Origin: Chrysemys picta bellii
Taxonomy: Eukaryota
Length of the DNA stretch: 64,000 nt
Assembly: GCF_011386835.1 (NCBI RefSeq)
Contig: NC_088800.1
Coordinates: 81,406,001 to 81,470,000, forward strand
Reading direction: 5' to 3'
This document shows positions 23,701-33,596 of this stretch, piece after piece. Position 1 is the first letter of the stretch. Every line of letters begins with the position of its first letter. The notes under the pieces are model-generated. The model made no database searches and was not told where the DNA came from. It saw nothing but the letters and a program-made list of their open reading frames with translations. The translations under genes and the position numbers were made by a program.

Positions 23701-26700
23701 GCTCAGCACCTCTGAAAACAGGCTGCTTTTATTTAGGTGCTTTGTAACACTGTGGCAGGATGCTGAGTCATTCTGCTACCAAGCACTTGAAGCCTGTATG
23801 CAGGCGCAGTGTATATTAACGCCGACTCATGAGCAAGTGGCCTTAACTCCAGCCAGGGTAGAAGTGGGGTTGAGGCCTCAGGCCTTGGCTACACTTACCC
23901 GCTAGTTCGGCGGCTGGCAATCGAACTTCTGGGTTCGACTTATCGCGTCTAGTCTGGACGCGATAAGTCGAACCCGGAAGTGCTCGCCGTCGACTGCGGT
24001 ACTCCAGCTCGGCGAGAGGAGTACCGCGGAGTCGACGGGGGAGCCTGCCTGCCGAGTGTGGACCAAGGTAAGTTCGAACTAAGGTACTTTGATCTTCAGC
24101 TACGTTATTCACGTAGCTGAAGTTCCGTACCTTAGTTCGAATTAGGGGGTTAGTGTAGACCTGGCCTCAGAGGTGTTGAATGGAAATCCGGGGGAGGGAA
24201 GAACACTTGGGAATATGTTCGCAACCCCATTGTGCTAGGTACTGTACAAACAGAACAAAAAGTCCCAGCCCCAAAGTGTTTTTATTTGAGTTACCAATAA
24301 ATCCACACTCAAAATGCGGGTAAGTTTGGATTTTCGGCAATATGTCTGTGTACTCCTCTGCCTGCTTACAAGCTTAGATACGGATTTAGGTGCTGAATGT
24401 AGGCACCTTGTGGCGTATGAAAAATTCTGACCTAAATGAGCTGGTCAAGGTGAGAGAGGGAGTCACAGTCAGTCAGAAATGCTGCTAAATGGATCTTGCA
24501 GGCTTAGTCATACCAGTTTAAAAATGGGTGGGAGGAGATTAGAAGGCGATAAAGTATAAACCGGTGCTAGGCTCCATTTGCCTAGCTATAATTCCATCGT
24601 GCAGGTCTCTATGAACGGCAAGACAGCTCAGCTTGCTCTGAAGCTGGTTAAGGAGCAAAGAATTATGCCAAAGCCCTAAAGCAGCAGGTGTTGCTAACAA
24701 GAGCCCGGTTTTAATTGCTTGGGGCCTCCTGACTTGATTAACTTATATAAAGAAACGCCCCCTTTAACATTACAGTGTCTGCATAATCTCGTTTGATTTA
24801 CAGATAGCCCTCTGCAATGGTTCGTGCCTAATTTTAGCCCCTTCTATTGGCTCCAACTGTGAGGTGCATTAGGGTCCTTCAAAATATATTTTTAACGCTC
24901 AGATTTCAGTAGGAGAGATTTATTACAAAGACGCTTCTTGAAAATAACCTTTGCTTAGCATATACATTGCTCAGCAATATTAAGATTGTTGACCGCTGTG
25001 AGGCTGAGGTCAGTATTTAACTCTGAAGAGCAAGATTTATTGTCATTCACTGCAACAAGAACTCATTACTTGTGATGTTCTATTACATATCTTCTGAGTG
25101 CAAAATCCTGGGCCCATTGAAGTCAGGCAAAATTCTGCTTGACTTTCAAGAGATCAGGATTTAGACCTGCATTTCTTAATAAGGAGTAATTGGAAGTCTC
25201 TCCCCTGTGGCTATGAATTTCAGAAGGCTTATCGTTTTTCCTTTGACACGGACTTTCTACAGGTGAGAAGAAGTAGGAGGTCTAGGGAAAAAGCCATTTG
25301 CTGACAGGCAAGCAAATTAGAGTTTTCACGCAACTTGCTGCAGTGGAATCTTGTTGGTTAACATTGTATTTACTGACCTCAGAGTATGTAAACCAGACCC
25401 ACTTAGCAAGCCATCACATTTAATTTCAGCCAATCGTGAGCCAGAGCTTTTCTCAGGTATGAAACAATCACAGTTCATTAAATTGCAATGGAATGGTGAG
25501 CAGAAATGATATTGTATGGGTCTCTCTCTCTGTTTAGCTGTTGGACATGATCCAAAACATGAGTAGTTTTGAGATTGCGGAGTCTAAACTCGTAAAGTAC
25601 AATGAGGACATCAGCCAGCTGTCAGACACACTTATGACCCTGGAAATGCAGACGGTTGACCAGCTAGAGGTAAGGCAAGGGGATATATCCGCTAAGCCTC
25701 AGACAGAAAACACTGGAGCTGCTTCTCTGTTGCCTTATGCCTTGTGTAGTCCCACTTGTGCAGAATGAGCATAGAACTTGATCATTCTGGGTAGTGCCTG
25801 ACACCGGCTTTATTCTCACTCTGCACAGGAGCGAGTACACGAAGTGCAAGGCAGTGGAGAATTGGACCCAGTGTATTTATATGTTGCATCAGCACTTACT
25901 ATTCATGCGCTGCTACTGAGGATGAAGGCATCGGCGTTGGCTAAAGGGTCATCGTTTTGTGGAAGCTGCCCCCTAGTATAGGACCCATTTTCAAGGTTCT
26001 AGTGGTGTGATTCTTTCAAAGGGATCGTTGCTATGACTGAAAAATTACTCTCATGCCCCAACCCCAAGTTAGTCCACTTTCCTGAGCACCCCACTGGGAG
26101 CATGACTATGGTAGCTCGTAGCGGAGTTCAAACCGGATGCTTAGCAGATCTGGGGGGGTGAGTGGGTGTTCATTTCTTTCTTTCTTTCTTACCAATAGAT
26201 TTTGCAGAAATATCAGAGGTGCTTTTCACATGCCCTATTTGAGGCACCGGAATGTTTTAAACATTTTATTAGGGATGTTAGGGAAAGTAGAAGCTCTAAG
26301 AGACTATCCCCTGTTTTTGAGAGAGGCAGCAAGAAGCAGCACCCACCTTCCAGGATTTAAACAAAATCTCTCATAATCCCAGCTGTTAGTTATGCTCCTG
26401 ATGGCAAAGTCTTCAAGAAGCCTGCAGCCTCATAAACCGAATGAGAAACTTTGACACCTGTCTCTAATCAGAGACAAAATGTTCTCTAGTCATAATGTAC
26501 ATAGAAGGTTTGAAGTGATTTGATGGAGTGAACTTCCCAGAGTCTGTTATAAATGCATCGCTCCATCAACTCTTCCCAAAAGGATTGAATCTAATCTTCC
26601 CTGACACATGCATACCAGTGCAGAAAAGCACATGCCTTTCGGTGCTTCAGCACAATTAATTTATCTGAGGTACCTTCAGTCCCCAGCAGTGCTGATAAAA

Positions 26701-29700
26701 CTGATGGATCAGATCAAAAGTATACTGCATTTTAGACTCCTCCCTGGTTCTGATCTGTGTTGTGTGTGTTTGAGTACTTGGTAACTTTTCCTTTTCTTTC
26801 CCATGTTAAGGAAATAATAAAGGATTTTGAAAGAAACATTGCCGACCAGGTGTCAACATTTATTGAGAACGTCCAGGGGATATATCCTTTTGGCAGTCTA
26901 CTGGCCTGAACTCTGTGTCGTATAAATCTGACCCGCGGCAAATGTGTTGTTTCACTTCACAAGATTACTGCAAGGCCCAGAAGTCAGCACTCACTGTGTG
27001 GCAATGGATTGTTGCTTATTAATGTGTTGTAGGCTTTGATTGATTAATTCTTAGGAACATTTCCCTGTTCATGAAATACAGACTCTGCTCAAATACTTCT
27101 CTACCATATTCTCAGCAAGAGAACACAGTCAGGAACTGCTACACAACTCAGTGATGAGGATGTAATGAAATTACAGAGTTAGGTACCTAATTCTCAGTGA
27201 AAGTCAATGGGAATTAGATTCTTAGCTGCTCTTTGTGCCTTTGAAAGTCCACCTCTGTTTCTGAGCAAATTCTTGGTAAATCTGACCATGTGATATCTAT
27301 GTATTGCTGACATTTTAAGAGGCGAAATACCTAAAACTCCTCCTGTACTGTCTCTTTGTGCCTTAGATTGTTGTGCAGCTGTGTTCTCTATAACAGTTGC
27401 CCTCTTCTGCCTCAGAGGTGGTTGCATTGCAGTGGCAGGTGAAATGATTTTTATACACACAAAACTCTTGGCCCTGTGCAAGTGCTTGTCACATTCAGAG
27501 TTTTGTACACGCAAACAAAGGCCTCGTTGAACTTCCTGTGCCAACGGCCCCCAGTGTCTGTTCTGGATAACGTAACACAATGAGGGTAGTGGGGATATTG
27601 CTTTTGAACACTCCAGGATCTTCTCCACCAGCCAGGTCAATTACTGGTCACCTGCTTCACAGGAGGTGGACGAATCCCCTTTTAGGTGCTTGCTTATGTA
27701 GAACGTCATTCTCTGTCGATGTTCAGCAGCAGGTCCAGCCTGTGAGAGGCCAGTCAAATGCCACTGTTCTTTGTTTCTTAACCTTCTTCCATACGATGGC
27801 TCAATGCCGGGATCTAGAAAATCATCACCACGAGAAACTGCTGGAGATCGCAATCAACACTCTGGAGAAGATAGTCAAGAGCGAGTTTGATGAGGAGATG
27901 CCAGATGATGTTCGACTGGTGAGGCCCCCCACTTGTGTATGGAGCTTGGGCTCTTCTAGGAAGCAGGGATCCTGAGTGTGGAGGAGGAAGGGAGCGCAGC
28001 ATGTTCCCAATCAGGATTGGGTTTCAGAGACCCAATATCGTTTTGAATTATTCTGCCAAAGCTAGAAATAGTTTCCTTTCAAACCCCCCGCCCCCAGATA
28101 AGGCTACAAGGAAGTCGTGGTTTGTCGGTTCAAACATTGTGGCTGAAGTTTGTTGAAGTTGCGGTTTTGGCATGGTCAGACATCAGCATGGCAGATACTC
28201 CCTAGGGGTCTCACAAGCCTCGTCTCAGGCTTCCCCTCCACCTGTTTCCTGATGAGAAATGAAGACCCCACTCTGGGTATCCCCCCCCAAGTAGCACTAC
28301 CCTTGCTTCAGCAACTTCTTCCAAGGCATGCAGCCTCCCCTCCAAAGCATGGCAGTGGCACGGAAGAGACACCATGTGACACCCCCCCCCCCATGACTTT
28401 CGAAGGCAAGCAGGATGGAGGGGCAGCCAGGCCAAATCTGAGTGAGTGGCATTGTGAGCTGGTGCACAGGGCCTAGCGCCGCTCAAAGCTGCAGCAATTC
28501 TAAAAAGTCGCCATGTTTGTTAAAAAGTTACGTTCTGTTTGACGATAAAATCGCAGCCCAGAATTTTCTGACACCTGTACCCGAAAAGCACCGGGGCTGG
28601 ACAAATCGCACCGCTGGGCCTGCTGGGCAGCTCTGCTGGAATGGGGAAGGGAAGAGGGGGTTGGCACTGCAGGTTTCCACCAGGGATGAAGACCTATTTG
28701 TGTTGTGGCCAGAGCTCTGCTGCTGGAAGCTGCCTGGGAGAGGTGTCTGTTCTGACTGGCCCAGTCCTGCCCCTTCCTAGGCCATGGCTCTCTCAGGCTG
28801 ATCTCTACGCCCTCCAACACAGCAGGAGTTTGGGGCAGCGTGCACTACTGGTAGATTTCCCAGCCCTATGAGCTCAATGTAACGTGGCTGTCACTCCTTT
28901 AAAATCAGTAGAGTTGCACCTGCTTAATTAGGGTTTTATTTGGCCCTACAGTTTCATATCTCCCTAGAGATCAATTAGTCCTTTTGAAACCGATACATTG
29001 AATTCCACATAGGTCTTTCAGCTGAGACCTCGCAAACCAAGGTCCTGTCTGCTCTGCAGGAATAGTCGAGATCCCATGGCGCACTTGTAAGAGTGCAGTG
29101 CTAGTCCTGGTGTCCTTCCCAAAATCTCCCCCCTCCTTGCTATTGCCCTTTGCCCCAGGTGGCCGCATTTCAGTGGCAGTGGATGGAGGTAGTGCGTAAT
29201 GCAGGTTGCAGTCTATCAGAACAAAAGCTGCTGTATACATTGAAAATTACATTAGTCAACTCTATTTACCAAGCTTTATAAGTAAAGGGAAAAAATTATG
29301 GGCAAAGATTTCATAGAGGTTTGCAGATGCAAGATCTATTTTTCGTATGAACGGACAGGATGGGAGTTTGGTTAGAGATCAGTTTCCTGGATTCTGGCCC
29401 CTCAGAAAGCCTACCTGGGAAGGCTCTCCATTTAATGTTGGTAGGAGCCCAGTGTCTAGCCTGAGGCCTTTTGCTGCTCTTAAACAAATGACAGTTTCTT
29501 ACAGGCGAGGGGGTTTGGTGGGGTGGGGATCGAAGTAGTAGGGACTACATTCCCAATGTGGGTACTACACCTGACCTGTCTGAGAGTTTTAACATGTGTC
29601 AGTCTGGGTTTCCCCATCTTTATCCCCAGAAAACAAATCCACATTTTTAGCACTGAGCAGATGTACTGCTCCTCCAACATTTCTATTACAGCTGAAAAAT

Positions 29701-31303
29701 AAACAGATCCAGGCTTCCACCACTTTTATTAAGCTCCGTTCCAATCGCTGCTCATGTCTCCAGGTGCTTAAGGAGTGAATGGGGTTCGCGCATGGTTTCA
29801 TAGGAGACGTCTAGTCCCAATTTTACTATCACTCTTTAGGGATTGGCTCAGTGCAGAAGCTTCTGCAAGGGAAATTCACACATCCAAAACGGCATGTCAG
29901 TGTCCCTTTGAGCCAGTGCCCTGCCCTTCCAGTGCCACAGCTCCTCTCAGCCACTGCCCTGCTTGCCCAGGGCCCCTCTGAGCCAACACCCTGCCAGCTC
30001 CGAGCCTAGCATGGCAGATTCTCTGAGCTGGTGCCCTGCCTACCAGGTGTGACAGGTAATTATTTCTTACCTCTTGTAAGGAGGTAAAGTCAGAAGGAAA
30101 TAAGTGACTTTTGTGCCCTGTTCCAGGGCAGGGGCAGCTCCCAGCTTTATGGACTGTGAGTGCAGCCTGCACCATTGCCCCATACCAAGTTTTCCTCACT
30201 CCTGTCCATCTCCACTGAGAAGTGATCTTCAGGTGTTTAACAGGCAGGCTTGGCTGCAGGAAGCCATCCTCTATTTAAAATCTCAGGGGGAAGCTGCTGC
30301 CTCTGTTCAAAGTTGTGGTGCCAGAACAAAGATACACAGTAAATGCCACCAGTTAAAGCAACCTCTTCTGAGTGCAGTTTTCCATTTACTATACCTGCTG
30401 GGAGAGGCAGATTGGAACATATGCAGCCTTCCCCGGGACTGACAGCTGCCAAGATGGGCTTGCCAGATGCTGGAAGGCAGCACTGTCTGGAGGAACGAGC
30501 ATAGGGTTAGGAGTTTACTCCCAGCTCTCGCTTGCTATGCAGCCTTTGGCAACTTACTTCAGCACTGCCTCAGTTTCCCCATCTGTAAAATAGTCCTTGC
30601 ACAAGGCTATAGGGAGGCTAAGTTTGTACAGGGCTTTGAACAGCATGAGATGTACCAGAGAGAGCTTTTATTTTCTTCTCTGATGGTGCTACTAAGTGTC
30701 GCACTGCGACACATCTAGTTTTGAGACCTGCTGCATTTATATGTAAAATCCACATCTCCCATCGCTCGGTCAATTTCACTCCCTAGCTTTTTGTGGACAA
30801 AGACACCATCGTCAACGCAGTGAATGCCTCCCACGATATCCACCTGCTGAAGATCGATAACAGAGAGGATGACATCGTCACCAAAGCCAATAGCTGGTCA
30901 TCTTCGGTGATCGAGGAGGTAAGGAAACCCCTGCGGCTCGGGGAGCAAAACCCTGCTTAGGGAAAAGACAAGCAGCAAGGCCATGAAAGCACACTGGCCT
31001 GCAGCTGCTTCCTAGCGCAGCGGGCAGAGAGGCACCAGGGTCCAGCCACTGTAGCTGGGCCACTGCCAGGAAGTCAGAGGGGCTGGGGGGAGGTATCTCC
31101 TAACTTTCTGCTGGGCCCTTTGGCAACAGCAGGTGACTGAAGGTTTGAAATAAGCCCTAGGACTCACTGTCCGATCACACTCTCCTCAGGTTCACAAGAA
31201 TGAGCTCAACAGAAACCGCAACCGTGTGAGAGAGATTAATCAATACATCGACCATCTGCAGGAGGAGCTGGACAACATGGAAAGCCTGGAGCAGATGGAG
31301 TAG
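11711..31303 (+). CDS. DRC3: Dynein regulatory complex subunit 3 (LRRC48), complete CDS, 523 aa
   Basis: join(11711..11870,13527..13643,16823..16989,17919..18065,18409..18528,19940..20052,22186..22360,25538..25669,26811..26881,27795..27918,30787..30918,31190..31303) = 1572 nt, in frame, ending in TAG. It has LRRs ([27 protein letters not shown]; [34 protein letters not shown]) and a coiled-coil C-terminus ([18 protein letters not shown]; [28 protein letters not shown]). Introns 6 and 9 are AT-AC; the others are GT-AG. Confidence 0.96.
12032..12502 (+). mobile_element. LF-SINE-like ancient SINE, near full length with an internal insertion
   Basis: GGCTGGATGGCTTAG..TGGTAATGGG head; CAAATCCAACCCAAG; CATCTGATGGC; CTCAGCAAAGAGGCCAAAG; GGAGACTGAACTACCC. 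These blocks are collinear with the LF-SINE consensus as I recall it. Confidence 0.75.
15483..16064. mobile_element. hAT non-autonomous element (contains a nested MITE)
   Basis: TIRs CATAGGCACCGA / TCGGTGCCTTTG and a perfect 8-bp TSD AGTAGGCT (15475-15482, 16065-16072). Confidence 0.85.
15679..15832. mobile_element. hAT MITE nested in the 15483-16064 element
   Basis: TIRs CAGGACCGACTCTAGG / CCTAGAGCCGGCCCTG (14/16) and TSD ATAGCAAG / GTAGCAAG. Confidence 0.85.
17030..17256. repeat. Degenerate (TCCA/TATA)n low-complexity tract ending in (TC)n
   Basis: TATCCATCCAT/TATATACCC motifs followed by a TC run. Confidence 0.75.
18709..18833. mobile_element. hAT MITE (AGGGTGACCAGA family), copy 1
   Basis: TIR AGGGTGACCAGA / TCTGGTCACCCT and a perfect 8-bp TSD TATGTCAT. 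Confidence 0.88.
20053..22185 (+). other. U12-type AT-AC intron (DRC3 coding intron 6)
   Basis: Donor ATATCCTTCT at 20053, branch-like CCTTGAC at 22168-22174, 3' end TTTCAC. Joining restores [13 protein letters not shown] in frame. Confidence 0.93.
20745..21413. mobile_element. Solo LTR (Gypsy/ERV-like), 669 bp
   Basis: Termini TGTAAGCG...CGCTACA with a perfect 5-bp TSD GACCA (20740-20744 and 21414-21418). Confidence 0.85.
22925..23070 (-). mobile_element. Second copy of the tRNA/CR1-tail SINE
   Basis: CCCTCAAGGATTGAACTCACAACCCTGGGTTTAGCAGGCCAATG...CTACTGAGCTA closely matches the 62541-62700 copy. Confidence 0.8.
23181..23346. mobile_element. Penelope-like palindromic terminal fragment (second family)
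   Basis: Arms GAGACAAG..ATATATTTTATTGGACCAA..GAGAGACAAGCTTTC / GAAAGCTTGTCTCTC..TTGGTCCAACAAAAGATAT..CTTGTCTC. Confidence 0.65.
23881..24166. mobile_element. PIF/Harbinger-like MITE, CpG-rich
   Basis: TIRs GGCCTTGGCTACACT / AGTGTAGACCTGGCC and a 3-bp TSD TCA (23878-23880, 24167-24169). Confidence 0.85.
26882..27794 (+). other. U12-type AT-AC intron (DRC3 coding intron 9)
   Basis: Donor ATATCCTTTT at 26882, branch TTCTTAAC at 27775-27782, 3' end CATAC. Joining restores [14 protein letters not shown]. Confidence 0.94.
29012..29245 (+). mobile_element. AmnSINE1-like (Deu-domain) fragment
   Basis: GTCTTTCAGCTGAGAC..AAACCAAGGTCCTG..GATCCCATGGC..GTAAGAGT..CCTGGTGTCCT..CCCAGGTGGCCGCATTTCAGTGG, matched to the recalled consensus. 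Confidence 0.65.
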
Positions 31304-31454
31304 GCCAACAGTGGCTCCCCTGTTAGGACACAGGCCTTGGTGATCTAACAGGTGCGCCTCGCCCTTTCTGACAGCCCCCTTGTAAATACTCACTGGTGGG
31401 GATGTTTCATCCTGGGGTGTCACCCCCCCCCCCCAAAAAAAAAAATCATATGGA

Positions 31455-31460
31455 AATAAA
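31455..31460 (+). terminator. Candidate DRC3 polyadenylation signal AATAAA
   Basis: First AATAAA seen after the stop codon, about 150 nt downstream. Confidence 0.55.
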
Positions 31461-33596
31461 AATACCATTTGAGTTTGGAAAAGCTCTTAAAGAGGAGCTG
31501 AGGAGTTCACTTTGAAGCCCTGAGACTTATGGTGCAAATCAAAGCCGGCTCACAAACAGCAGATCGAGCTGCGATTCTCCACCAGGCCAGGCCTGGAAGC
31601 TTTGTCACCTGCGGGCAGTGGTAGGAGTCTGGGACTCGGGCAGCAGCTGGCATGTGGCGGTGATGGGGAAGAGAACACTCTCCATCGGACTAACCGCCGC
31701 CTCCCTAACGATCATGGGTTTCTGGCCCAGCAAGCCGGAGGTTTGAGGCTCTGCACACCGGTAGCCTCCTCTTTCCTCTGCCCCACACTAAGGCAGCTTC
31801 CTGCAGTGTGCTCAGAGTGGCCTCTGACCAGCAGGGAGACCAGTGGCTCTGCAGAAGCCCACCTGCGGCTGCTCAGTGCCGAGTCATTAATTTCCCTCCT
31901 TGCTCAGCAGCAGCTGCTCCATTTGCTTGGCAGGGAGCTCGGACTCCTTGCTGGAGGCAGGGCACTGAAGAGGGGGAAGAAGGGAAACCCATGCTTGTGG
32001 AACAGATGTGGCAGTGCACTGTTTGGGAAAGAGACAAATACCCCGAGACTTCCACTCCTCCTTTCCTGGCACTAGCCCTGCCCGTGGGCTGATTGCAGTT
32101 GCTCTGGTTTAGCTGACAAAACACTGTCCTCCCTTGGGCTGGTGTGAGAGCAGGCTCTCCTCTGGTCATTGCTAACCCCACGCCTGGGCACTGAGAAACA
32201 GCCCTGACTGGCTGCACACGGGCTCCGGCTTTTCGGCAGAGCTGAGCACTCGTGGCTCCAACTGAAATCAATGGGATCTGCGAGTGCTCAGCCCCTCTGG
32301 AAGGTCAAGCTCTACACGTGTAGTTGGGCACCCAGAAATGAAGGGGCCCCCAGTCTGTGGTCACTTATGAAAGTGCTGGCGCTACTGATTTCCCCCAAGT
32401 GTTAACTGGAAACGAAGCGGATTCTAAATGAGGATTCCAGGGGTGATCGTGCTCATAGGAGGTTGCATAACAACTGCCCAGCTGACATTTTCTTTTCCTT
32501 TAAGAGTCTGAAGTCTTCAGAGACAGGCCTAAATGAAAGCCCAGGGGCCAAACACCCCTGAACTTGGGGGAGAGAGGCAGGTGAGATCAGAACTTTGCAG
32601 CACAGGCTTGGTTGGTGAGGCATAGGCATTGATCCCACAACTCATACGTGCCTGCTCAATACATATTATGCATTAGGAGTCCCACTGAAGTCAGTGGGTT
32701 TGCTCCGAGTTCAGCGTTGAGCATGTGCATAAGCCATTGCAGGATCAGGGCCTCAGACAGTTGGGGAGTTAGAATTAGTCCAAAGACAAGGGGGAGCTCC
32801 TGTCCAGTCCTCGGCGGGCGAGCCGGTGCTTGCGACAGAGCACTGAGCATGGAGATCCTCAGACGAAGCCTGCGGGCGAGGAAGCAGACAGCTGTCAATC
32901 AGTGATGGCTCTGCTGCTGTCTTGGGCAGAGAGGCAGCGCACATCCCACAGTGCGGTGGGGAAGTACAAAATAACTGACCACACGCACTGGCTTCCGGTA
33001 TCTAGCAGGAGACGCCTTTAATCAAACTGGGATTGAGCCCAGCTTTGCACAGGGGCAGAAGCACATTACTGGGTGAGGAACAGGTACAGCTGGGTCTTGT
33101 CTCCAAGGATATGACTTTGGATTTTAGCAACAAACGTGGGCCATGGGCAGGCAGATGCCAAGACGGGACCTATGCTGGAGTGTGTGCCTAGCCTTACCGA
33201 AGCCCTTTTGCCAGGCTGCTGGCCCCACGGCTGGGAGCCTTGGAGGGTAGAATGTAGACTAGCTACCCCTCTGAGTGATCATAAACACTGGCTGAGCTGC
33301 AGCCTGTGGCAACGGCCAGGGACAGGGCATTTAATTGGGGCTGAAGGGAGCTCAGACTGTACTTCCTTTGTAACAAAAGTCAGGGCTGCTGAGAGTCACT
33401 GGCATCCTCCAGCACCAGCCAAGCTAGGGAAGAAATGCCTCCGCTAGGAATCATCATAAAGTCATGGCCCTCTCAGTGCTAAGTCACCATGCTGGCAGGC
33501 GCTGATTGCCGGCCAGTGGCTCGAATCCACCCGGCTGCATTTGTAATCTGTACTGGGCATTCTCCGGCTCTGCCTGTCGCGTCGCTCCCCAGAGCC

